From an uncultured Spirochaetaceae bacterium (GTDB lineage Bacteria > Spirochaetota > Spirochaetia > DSM-27196 > PWMO01), in NCBI GenBank assembly GCA_964345195.1, contig CAYFQV010000005.1:6243-40016 (forward strand): a DNA stretch of 33,774 bases, read 5' to 3'. Under the pieces are notes generated by a model. The model was given only the letters and a program-made list of their open reading frames with translations. It ran no database searches and was not told the origin of the DNA. The position numbers were made by a program, and so were the translations under genes. Below are positions 18,297 to 25,786 of this stretch, in pieces; position 1 is the first letter of the stretch; every line of letters starts with the position of its first letter.

Positions 18297-18469
18297 CTAC
18301 AACTCCTTCAGTATTTCAACATTGCCACGAGCAGCACGGGATGTGGATCCCGATCTTTGTATCTCTAGTAGCCCCAATCTCCACGGGAGCGCCGCTAAGG
18401 TCAAGCGCCGACATTGTCGAGCGCAGGCAATATCAACACGGGGGTATTCGCGGCCGATACTAGCTAGGT

Positions 18470-18994
18470 ATGGGTCGATGTCGGGATCACCTGAATAAAC
18501 GAGACGTACGAACACCTCCACGAACCCTGGCACAGCTGCGCACGCTTCGCAGCCTCATCCTCGCCCTCACGCTGCTCACCGCCGCCGCCGGTCACGGTGT
18601 GACAGAACAGACCCCGCTTCACTGGGCCGCGAGAAATGGCTATGTGGATGTCGCCCGCGGCTTGATCGCGAACGGCGCCGACCTGAACGTCCGCGAAACC
18701 CTGAGACGTACGCCTCTGCACGTTTCCGTCGAGCACGAGGAGATGGTTCGCTTCTTGATCTCCGCCGGCGCCGCCGTAAACGCCACGGACGCGCTGGGAA
18801 ATACGCCGTTGCATCTCGCGGTTCGCTATCACGGCGCGGTGACCGCGCTGTTGGAGCTCGGGTCGGACGTCTCCGCTCGAAACTATCTGGGAGACACCGC
18901 TCTCGAGATCGCGATCCGCCAGGGAAACTCACGAAGGAATCGCCGCGTGGTAACAGCCCTGGTTGACGCCGGTGCCACAAACGAGATTCAGTAG
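18470..18994 (+). CDS. Ankyrin-repeat protein with an N-terminal signal/anchor segment
   Basis: There are four ANK-like units (TPLHWAARNGYVDVARGLIANGADLN, TPLHVSVEHEEMVRFLISAGAAVN, NTPLHLAVRYHGAVTALLELGSDV, DTALEIAIRQG...VVTALVDAGA). They follow the hydrophobic stretch LRSLILALTLLTAAAG. Confidence 0.8.
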   Translation: MGRCRDHLNKRDVRTPPRTLAQLRTLRSLILALTLLTAAAGHGVTEQTPLHWAARNGYVDVARGLIANGADLNVRETLRRTPLHVSVEHEEMVRFLISAGAAVNATDALGNTPLHLAVRYHGAVTALLELGSDVSARNYLGDTALEIAIRQGNSRRNRRVVTALVDAGATNEIQ

Positions 18995-19001
18995 GATCGA
19001 T

Positions 19002-20063
19002 ATGACGCAGGCCCAATCAGTCCTCATCATCAACCCGACGCGCTACCCACGGCGGGTGCCCGCCCTCGTTCGAGAAGCCGACCGCGCCGATCTGGGCCGG
19101 GTCCGCGTTACTCAGAGCCGTGAGGACTTTATCGGGGCGGTGCGCAGCTTCGCCGAGAGCGAGAGCCCTTACGTCCTGATATGGGGAGGTGACGGCACGG
19201 TACACGATGCCGTTAACGCACTCATGCAAGCTCGAGAAGCCGGCGTGTCCTTAGACAACAAAGCGGTGGGCTTTCTCCGCGGGGGGAGCGGAAACGGCAC
19301 CCAAGACTCCTACGACGTGCCCCGCCGGCTCCGCACCCAAGTCCAGGCGTACCGAACCGCCATGGATGAAGCGATGACCGTGGATGTAGACCTCCTCCGT
19401 GTACGCGTCGGACAAGATGTGCGCTACGCTCAGCTCATGGGACTCGGCTTCGATGCGCGGGTACTCCAGCGCCGTAGAAGCGGCGTGGGCGGGGCGGCCC
19501 CTCCCGGCCTCTTTCGATACCTCTACGCCGCAGCACGAGTGTTCTTCTCTGAAGAGTGGGCGCACCGGCCCATGCACGTGACCTTGCGAAACGGGAAGTA
19601 CGCCTTCCGCGGGATTCGTATCAACGCGGAGTTCTCCTTTCAGTCCATTGAGCGTGATCTCGAGGTGAGCCTCCTCGAGATCGGCACGCGCCCCTACTAC
19701 GGCGCGCAATTTAAAGTCTGCCCGGATGTTGTCTGCAATGACGGCATGATGGATGTGTACGCCTACGCCTTTACCCGACGCTTTCAGGTCGTACGCAACG
19801 TCGGCTCACTCTGGCTCGGTCGGCACGGGCTGATAAACGATCGCCTCATGGGAAGCGGTCGTCGGGGCGTTATTGAACGCTACGAAGTACGAGCCGCTAC
19901 GGTCACCGTTCCGCAAGAGCAGACCTGTCACGTGGACGGCGAGTTGCTGAATCTCCCGGAGGACCCTGCCTCCCGGGTGATCACGGTTGATCTCGTTCCG
20001 CACGGACTGCGCTTTCTCGTACCACCGAGTTACTACCGGCTGGTCCACCCATTCGAGGGATAG
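19002..20063 (+). CDS. Diacylglycerol-kinase-catalytic-domain lipid kinase (YegS/BmrU-like)
   Basis: Motifs VLIINPT, IWGGDGTVHDAVNAL and GFLRGGSGNG are present. I prefer the ATG at 19002 (MTQAQSVLIINP), 7 nt after the ankyrin stop. The track start is a TTG at 18963, inside the ankyrin gene. Confidence 0.8.
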   Translation: MTQAQSVLIINPTRYPRRVPALVREADRADLGRVRVTQSREDFIGAVRSFAESESPYVLIWGGDGTVHDAVNALMQAREAGVSLDNKAVGFLRGGSGNGTQDSYDVPRRLRTQVQAYRTAMDEAMTVDVDLLRVRVGQDVRYAQLMGLGFDARVLQRRRSGVGGAAPPGLFRYLYAAARVFFSEEWAHRPMHVTLRNGKYAFRGIRINAEFSFQSIERDLEVSLLEIGTRPYYGAQFKVCPDVVCNDGMMDVYAYAFTRRFQVVRNVGSLWLGRHGLINDRLMGSGRRGVIERYEVRAATVTVPQEQTCHVDGELLNLPEDPASRVITVDLVPHGLRFLVPPSYYRLVHPFEG

Positions 20064-20190
20064 CTCCATAGCCTAGAGAGCCGTCGGCCCGGCGCGTCGT
20101 TGCGCGGGATAGGCTCGAGTGCCCGCTCGCAGCCTTCGCTCATCCGTGGTAGGCTGAGGACATCGTATACATCGACTCAAAGGGGGACTC

Positions 20191-20919
20191 ATGGAAGCAA
20201 TACGCCTGCCGATTGCCAATACCGATCAACACTACGCCGTGTCGCCGTCGAAGATCATCTGTCTGGGATTGAACTACCGGGAACACGTGGCTGAAAGCGT
20301 GACCCAACGAGAGGCGGGGCGTAGCGACGATCTACCGAGTGAGCCGGTGCTCTTCCCGAAGACTCCCAACGTCTTGATCGGAAACGGCGAGTCGATCCGC
20401 CTGCCGGGCATACTCGCCGACTACGCCTTCGACGATGCACGCACCGACTACGAAGGGGAGTTGGCACTGATCATAGGCACGCGCTGCAAGAACGTGTCCC
20501 CCGAGGATGCTATGCGCTACGTCCTCGGCTTTACCTGTTTCAATGACGTGAGCCAACGCAACATCCAAAAGAGTGACCGAGGGGGATGGTTTCGCGGTAA
20601 GTCTTTCGACACCTTCGGTCCCATTGGTCCGCAGCTGGTACTGCGGGAAGACATTGGTGATCCGCAAGATCTCGAGCTTCAGACTCGGCTCAACGCTAAG
20701 GTGGTGCAACACGCCCGCACCGCGGACATGATCTTCGACCTCGCGACAACCGTCAGCTTCATCTCACGGAATATGAGCCTGGAAGAGGGCGATGTGATTG
20801 TCACGGGCACCCCGAGTGGTGTAGGGCCGATTACAAGCGGCGACCGCGTGGAAGTAGAGATCGAAGGGATCGGCGTTCTGTCCAATCCGGTGCTCGCCGA
20901 GAACGACGACGAACGCTGA
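20191..20919 (+). CDS. Fumarylacetoacetate hydrolase (FAH) family protein
   Basis: Motifs KIICLGLNYREH, DYEGELALIIG, GFTCFNDVSQR, FRGKSFDTFGPIGP and GDVIVTGTPSGVG are present. The SD AAGGGGGA lies upstream. Confidence 0.85.
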   Translation: MEAIRLPIANTDQHYAVSPSKIICLGLNYREHVAESVTQREAGRSDDLPSEPVLFPKTPNVLIGNGESIRLPGILADYAFDDARTDYEGELALIIGTRCKNVSPEDAMRYVLGFTCFNDVSQRNIQKSDRGGWFRGKSFDTFGPIGPQLVLREDIGDPQDLELQTRLNAKVVQHARTADMIFDLATTVSFISRNMSLEEGDVIVTGTPSGVGPITSGDRVEVEIEGIGVLSNPVLAENDDER

Positions 20920-20921
20920 GC

Positions 20922-20941
20922 GCTCGGCGCGACAGCCGAGC
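20922..20941. terminator. GC hairpin in the 21-nt gap between the convergent FAH and trehalose genes (possible bidirectional terminator)
   Basis: GCTCGGC (20922-28), a gcgaca loop, then GCCGAGC (20935-41). There is no U-tract on either side, and the last base overlaps the otsA/B stop codon. Confidence 0.3.
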
Positions 20942-23130
20942 TATGCGTTCACCGGCGCAAGCTCCCGGATAAACGCACGGACCTGTTCGACCGACTCCAG
21001 GAAAAAGTCCGCACTCGAGACGTCGAGCCCGACCTTGATCGAGTAGTGCTGGGAGTCGAGCATGCGGAAGATGTCCTCATCCGTCCAATCATCCCCAATG
21101 GCCACAACGAAGTCCCACTCATGCCGCTGATACCACTGCGCGGCGGCGCGGCCTTTGCTGACGTTGGAGTTCTTGATCTCGAGGAGCTTGTTCCCCTCGA
21201 GAATGGAGAGGTCCAGATTGGAGGTCAGGCTCAGGAGTGCGTCCTTCAGCTCCGAGAGGCGCAGTGCCGCGAGCTCCGGTTGCGCCCGCTCGTAGTGCCA
21301 CACCAGCGAGTACTCGTTCACCGTGATTGCCGATCCGGGTGTTCTGTCGCGGTACAGCTCCAGCACCGGCTGGATGATCTCCTTCCAATCGGCGGTCACC
21401 TGTTCCGTCTTTTCCCAGTGGCCGTCGGTTTCCCGGATCCAGATTCCGTGCCCCGCAATAATGCCGACGGGCAGATCCTTCAGGCGGTTTTCCAGGAAGT
21501 CCTTTTGCCGGCCGCTGATAATGACGACCTCGTTCTTCTTATTTTCCGCAAGCTTTCGAAGGCTCTTCATGGTTGCCTCGTCGGGAACACCGGCCACCTC
21601 GCCGTAGGAGATGAGCGTGCCGTCATAGTCCACGAGAATGAGACGGCGTGAAGCGGCGTTGTAGCGGTCCGTCAGGCCCTTCTTCACATCCGCGGACAGC
21701 TTCTTGACCGAAAGAGAGCTCTGCAGTGCGCTTGCCGCATCCAACTTCTCCACGAAGTCCTGCGCCCAATAGTGAATGTCGTAGCGTCTGAGCCGACGGT
21801 GCATCCGCTCGTTCTTCTCCTGCTGCTCGGCCACGGGCATTTCCAAGGCGTCTTTAATCGCCTCGGCGATCTGATCGATGTTGTTCGGATTGACGGAGAT
21901 CGCCTCACCCAGCTCTCGGGCGGACCCTGCGGTTTCGCTGAGCACCAGCACACCCTTGCGATCCCGTCGCGCGGCGATGAACTCTTTGGAAATGAGATTC
22001 ATCCCGTCGCGCAGGGGGGTAACCAGCAACACATCCGATTGTGTGTACAGCGCGGAGAGCTGCGGAAACGGCATTGGCCGGAAGAAGTACTGAATCGGAT
22101 TCCAGCCGATGGTTCCAAAGGCGCCGTTGGTCGTGCTTACGAGCTCATCGATCTCCCGCTTGAGCTCAATGTAGTGCGGAACATGCATGCGCGAGGGTGC
22201 GGCGACCAAGATCAGCTGAACCCGTTCGTGGTACTCCGGATGATTCTCGAGAAAGCTGTGGAACGCCTTGATCCGCAGAGGAATACCCTTGGAATAGTCG
22301 AGTCGGTCTACCGAGAGGATGATCCGGCGGCTGCCGATCTCGTACCGAACCTTCTCGATTTCCTCCTGGATCTCCGGCTTAGCGGCGGCGTCGGCGTACT
22401 TCTGATAGTCGATACCCATGGGAAATGCATCCACCTTGATCATACGGTTGCGGAACTTGACGTTTCCCATGCTGTGCTCAGCGCCGAGTATTCGCCGAAT
22501 ACTGGAGAGGAAGTGGCGGGCGTAGTCGTAGGTGTGGAAGCCGACAAGGTCCGCACCCAGAAGCCCGCGGAGAATCTCCTCTCGCCACGGCATGAGCCGA
22601 AAAACCTCGTAGGAAGGAAAGGGAATGTGGAGGAAGAAACCAATCTGTGACTCCTGCAAATCCTCCTTGAGCAGATTTGGTAGCAGCATGAGCTGGTAGT
22701 CATGAACCCATATGGTATCTCCGGCCTCGGCAATCTCCATCACCTTACGGTGAAACTTCTCGTTGACCGCGCGGTAGGCCTGCCAGGTATCGTTCGTGTA
22801 CTGCGCAAAGGTTGGAAAATAGTGAAAGAGAGGCCAAACGGTGTCGTTGCAGAAACCGGAGTAGAAACGCTCGAGCTCGTCATTGGTGAGGGGAACTCGC
22901 AGACTCTTGAAGTCATCCTTGAGCGTCTGGTCGATATACAGCCCCTGTTCCTCCGTGAGCTGCTCCTCCGGGACGCCGCTCCAGCCGACCCAGACGCTGT
23001 TTTCCTGCTGATGCATGGACGCCAATCCGGTGGCCAGTCCTCCCATGCTCTCCGAAAACTGCACGTTGCCGCCGGCGTTGAGACTCACGGATGTAGATAA
23101 GCGATTCGAGACGAGGATGATCTTGCTCAT
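20941..23130 (-). CDS. Bifunctional trehalose-6-phosphate synthase (GT20) / trehalose-6-phosphate phosphatase (HAD) fusion
   Basis: The N-terminal half has KIILVSNRLS, GGLATGL, WVGWSG and VWVHDYQLMLLP (OtsA-like). The C-terminal half has LILVDYDGTL and AIGDDWTDEDIF (OtsB-type HAD motifs I and IV). I prefer the ATG at 23130 (MSKIILVSNRL). The track start at 23175 adds 15 aa. Confidence 0.9.
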   Translation of the reverse strand: MSKIILVSNRLSTSVSLNAGGNVQFSESMGGLATGLASMHQQENSVWVGWSGVPEEQLTEEQGLYIDQTLKDDFKSLRVPLTNDELERFYSGFCNDTVWPLFHYFPTFAQYTNDTWQAYRAVNEKFHRKVMEIAEAGDTIWVHDYQLMLLPNLLKEDLQESQIGFFLHIPFPSYEVFRLMPWREEILRGLLGADLVGFHTYDYARHFLSSIRRILGAEHSMGNVKFRNRMIKVDAFPMGIDYQKYADAAAKPEIQEEIEKVRYEIGSRRIILSVDRLDYSKGIPLRIKAFHSFLENHPEYHERVQLILVAAPSRMHVPHYIELKREIDELVSTTNGAFGTIGWNPIQYFFRPMPFPQLSALYTQSDVLLVTPLRDGMNLISKEFIAARRDRKGVLVLSETAGSARELGEAISVNPNNIDQIAEAIKDALEMPVAEQQEKNERMHRRLRRYDIHYWAQDFVEKLDAASALQSSLSVKKLSADVKKGLTDRYNAASRRLILVDYDGTLISYGEVAGVPDEATMKSLRKLAENKKNEVVIISGRQKDFLENRLKDLPVGIIAGHGIWIRETDGHWEKTEQVTADWKEIIQPVLELYRDRTPGSAITVNEYSLVWHYERAQPELAALRLSELKDALLSLTSNLDLSILEGNKLLEIKNSNVSKGRAAAQWYQRHEWDFVVAIGDDWTDEDIFRMLDSQHYSIKVGLDVSSADFFLESVEQVRAFIRELAPVNA

Positions 23131-23258
23131 GACGGCAGTATACAAGGGTGGATTCTCGGAGGTAAAGGAAGGCATGCCCCTGCGTCTCGCTACACAGGCG
23201 CCCGTGAGTATGCTACGCTCCGGCTCGCCGTACTGATGAGCTATCTCGGAGGACGCTT

Positions 23259-24386
23259 GTGCACACGAACGCTACCGTCGAAACCGACAGCTTTCTCAAG
23301 AGTCTCGGATTTCCGGCACTGCGGATTCATCACGCCTTCAACCACTTCGACTTCACTCGCCCCTCCCGGCGTATTCTGGTCATTGGGTCCATGGGCTCCG
23401 GCAAAACCGAGTACTCCTCACGGGTTTGGCGAGACTCGCAGGTAGTGCTGCAGAAATCGTCACGCCTTGCCTCCTATACAAGCACGGCCGGCGCGGATCG
23501 TCGCCGGGTGTTTTTCATTCGTTCGATTCTCGATCGGGGCCGCTTTCCGGACTACCCTCGGGATGCGCTTCCGTACCGTGGCGGCTACGAGCGCTGCGGA
23601 GACGCGATAGCCGAGATCTCGGACTCCTTCGGATTGGAGGAGGTGATTGCAGACCACCCGGAAGTCGGCACTTGGATTGTGGATGAAGCATCCTTCTACG
23701 ACGAGCGTATAGCCTACGTTGTGCACCGCGAGTCCGAGGAGCGCGGGCTGATCTTCATCTTCCCCACGCTCATCCTCAATTTTCGGAAGTCCTTATTCAA
23801 CGCGACGGCCAGCCTCCTTCTCGAGTTGGCGACGGATGTCTTTCCTCTCACCGCGTATTGCGAGCACGATGAATGCATTCGCGACTCCTTTTACACCTAT
23901 CGCTACTATCTCGTCGACGGCCGGGAGTGTCCCGCTCTCTACTTCGATCCCCTGATCATCGTTGGAGGGGACGCGCGAAAGGAAGATGCGCGCGAGCCGA
24001 ACTACTGCACCCGGTGCGACGAGCACCACTACCTTCCGGGAAAGGAATACACCTACCTCACCCTGAAACCTCTCGGTGTACAGGCATCCTACGGCAGTCT
24101 AGAGCCGCTTCGAGACGAGCTTCGAGCCATTCGGGAACGCATTGAGAGCTCCGAGCTCTACGCAAACTTCGTCGGCACATACGGTTCGGATGCGCAGATG
24201 TACATGCGCGGGCTCGAGGTTCCCTGCATTGCCGAGCGCGCCGTTGTGTTCCTCTTCGCCGAGGAGAATCTCCTATCGGCGGATCAGGTTGTCACTCTTG
24301 CTAGGGAGCTATCTCTAGATCAAGACTATCTGGCGAGACGATTGGCGGATAATGGACGTCCGATAAGCTTTGACAGCGGCTTCTGA
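23259..24386 (+). CDS. Thymidine-kinase (TK1-family)-like nucleoside kinase with N- and C-terminal extensions
   Basis: TK1 motifs occur in the canonical order. These are the P-loop VIGSMGSGKTE, WIVDEASFY (VDEAQF-like), PTLILNFRKSLF (GL..DFRGE.F-like), a zinc/lasso part with AYCEHDEC and NYCTRCDEHH, and IVGGD. The protein is 375 aa, with the recognisable core ending near residue 260. The GTG start at 23259 has GGAGG 6 nt upstream. Confidence 0.6.
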   Translation: MHTNATVETDSFLKSLGFPALRIHHAFNHFDFTRPSRRILVIGSMGSGKTEYSSRVWRDSQVVLQKSSRLASYTSTAGADRRRVFFIRSILDRGRFPDYPRDALPYRGGYERCGDAIAEISDSFGLEEVIADHPEVGTWIVDEASFYDERIAYVVHRESEERGLIFIFPTLILNFRKSLFNATASLLLELATDVFPLTAYCEHDECIRDSFYTYRYYLVDGRECPALYFDPLIIVGGDARKEDAREPNYCTRCDEHHYLPGKEYTYLTLKPLGVQASYGSLEPLRDELRAIRERIESSELYANFVGTYGSDAQMYMRGLEVPCIAERAVVFLFAEENLLSADQVVTLARELSLDQDYLARRLADNGRPISFDSGF

Positions 24387-24425
24387 GCAGCACCATCAGC
24401 TCGCCTGCCGAGCGCAACGGCCCCG

Positions 24426-24447
24426 TCCGGGCGCGGGTCCGCCCGGA
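24426..24447 (+). terminator. GC-rich hairpin downstream of the TK1-like gene
   Basis: TCCGGGCG (24426-33), a cgggtc loop, then CGCCCGGA (24440-47). No U-tract follows. Confidence 0.3.
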
Positions 24448-24456
24448 GCAGCTCTG

Positions 24457-24485
24457 TTGACAATAGATAGGGCCCGGTTTAACGT
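24457..24485 (+). promoter_or_regulatory. Candidate sigma70 promoter of the nucleoside ABC importer operon
   Basis: A perfect -35 TTGACA (24457-62) is followed by a 17-nt spacer and TAACGT (24480-85), which fits TAnnnT only. It lies about 65 nt upstream of the binding-protein ATG. Confidence 0.3.
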
Positions 24486-24549
24486 GAATTAAATTTTCGG
24501 CAGCTCCGCGGCTTCGTCCCGGGGCGCACAACTTCAAAGGGGGAAACTA

Positions 24550-25713
24550 ATGAAGAAGCTTGTGATTACACTCGCTATCCTCGCGCTTCTTGCACCGGCG
24601 TTCGTCATGGCCGAAGGCCAGGGGGAACAGACCGAAGAAGCCGATTATCGTGTCGCCATCGCATTTGATGTAGGTGGACTCGGCGACCAATCTTTTAACG
24701 ATTCCGCATACCGAGGATTGGTCCAGTTGGCCGAGGAGTACAACGGCTATATCGACTCCGACGCCGTGGATGTGAACTACGGGAATGAGGTTCAGGCAAT
24801 CTTTCTCGAGCCTCAGGAAGGCGGCCAGGACCGTGAACAGCTCCTCCGCCTTCTTGCCGAGGACGGATACGGAATGATCTTCGGCGTCGGCTTTGCCTAC
24901 ACCGACGTACTCGGTGACGTGGCGGCGGACTTCCCGGACGTCCATTTCGGCTTGATCGACGGTTTTATTCCGGAGCTGGACGCGGAAAGCAATATCAGCG
25001 CGATTTCCTTCGCCGAGCATGAGGGCTCCTTCCTCGTAGGCGCGCTCGCAGCCATGTTCATGGAAGATCAAGAGATGGAGGCAAATCGCCTCGGTTTTAT
25101 TGGCGGCCAAGACATGGCACTGATCCACCGCTTCGAGAACGGCTTCAAGGCCGGCGCCATGTACGTCAATCCGGAACTGGCCGAAAACGACGGCGAGGGC
25201 TTGGTTGCGCAGTACATTGGTCAGGATCCGTCGGCGTTCACGGATCCCCAAACCGCTGAAAACATTGCTCGCAACATGTACAACAATGATGTAGGCATTA
25301 TCTATCACGCTGCCGGTGGCTCAGGCGCAGGCCTATTCCGTGCGGCCAACGCGGCGGACAAGTGGGCGATCGGTGTCGATTCCGATCAGGGCAGCGTGTA
25401 CGCCTCCTCGGATAACGCGCAAGAGCAGGCAATCGGTGAGAACATTCTCACGTCCATGCTCAAGCGAGTGGATCAGTCGGTGTTCCTACTGTCTCAGCAG
25501 TACATTGAGAACGACGGCGAGGTCGACGGTGGATACGTAACCTACGGTCTCGAAGAAGATGGTGTCGGTGTCGCCGTGAATCAGTTCAACGAGGATCTCG
25601 TGGAGCCCTACATGGCCGAGGTCAACGAACTGAAACAAATGGTTATCGACGGTGAGATCGAAGTTCCCATGACTGACGACGAGTTCCAGACCTGGATGGA
25701 CGAAAACTTCTAG
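24550..25713 (+). CDS. BMP/PnrA-family (Med/TmpC-like) nucleoside-binding protein of an ABC importer, secreted
   Basis: The signal peptide is MKKLVITLAILALLAPAFVMA. It has no lipobox Cys, so I predict a soluble periplasmic form. The family signature AFDVGGLGDQSFNDSAYRGL is present, with the SD AAAGGGGGA upstream. Confidence 0.9.
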   Translation: MKKLVITLAILALLAPAFVMAEGQGEQTEEADYRVAIAFDVGGLGDQSFNDSAYRGLVQLAEEYNGYIDSDAVDVNYGNEVQAIFLEPQEGGQDREQLLRLLAEDGYGMIFGVGFAYTDVLGDVAADFPDVHFGLIDGFIPELDAESNISAISFAEHEGSFLVGALAAMFMEDQEMEANRLGFIGGQDMALIHRFENGFKAGAMYVNPELAENDGEGLVAQYIGQDPSAFTDPQTAENIARNMYNNDVGIIYHAAGGSGAGLFRAANAADKWAIGVDSDQGSVYASSDNAQEQAIGENILTSMLKRVDQSVFLLSQQYIENDGEVDGGYVTYGLEEDGVGVAVNQFNEDLVEPYMAEVNELKQMVIDGEIEVPMTDDEFQTWMDENF

Positions 25714-25734
25714 GACTGCCTATTGAGGGCACAC

Positions 25735-25756
25735 GGGGCCGCCTTCGGGCGGCCCC
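25735..25756 (+). terminator. Strong intercistronic hairpin (9-bp GC stem, TTCG loop) after the binding-protein gene; attenuating terminator or mRNA stabiliser
   Basis: GGGGCCGCC (25735-43), TTCG, then GGCGGCCCC (25748-56), followed by TTCTACGTTT. It lies 22 nt after the stop at 25713 and 31 nt before the ATPase ATG. Confidence 0.5.
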
Positions 25757-25786
25757 TTCTACGTTTGAAGAGGCGGGGGTCTGTGC

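Noticed and set aside
18963-19001. Track-proposed upstream starts that create long overlaps: 18963, 10523, 13923, 15235, 29951, 31838 and 23175.
   Set aside because: They use TTG or unsupported ATG codons inside the neighbouring gene. Downstream ATGs give canonical family N-termini. In two cases there is also direct support: GGAGG before 15169, and the ATGA stop/start coupling at 10571.
21772-22650. A 292-aa plus-strand ORF, together with 21046-21651 (201 aa).
   Set aside because: Both are antisense to the trehalose synthase/phosphatase fusion and have no motifs.
24547-25308. A 253-aa minus-strand ORF, with the similar 26123-26863 (246 aa), 13991-14650 (219 aa) and 7125-7745 (206 aa).
   Set aside because: Each is antisense to a gene with strong family signatures (BMP binding protein, ABC ATPase, cysS, ParA-like ATPase). 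I treat them as shadow ORFs.
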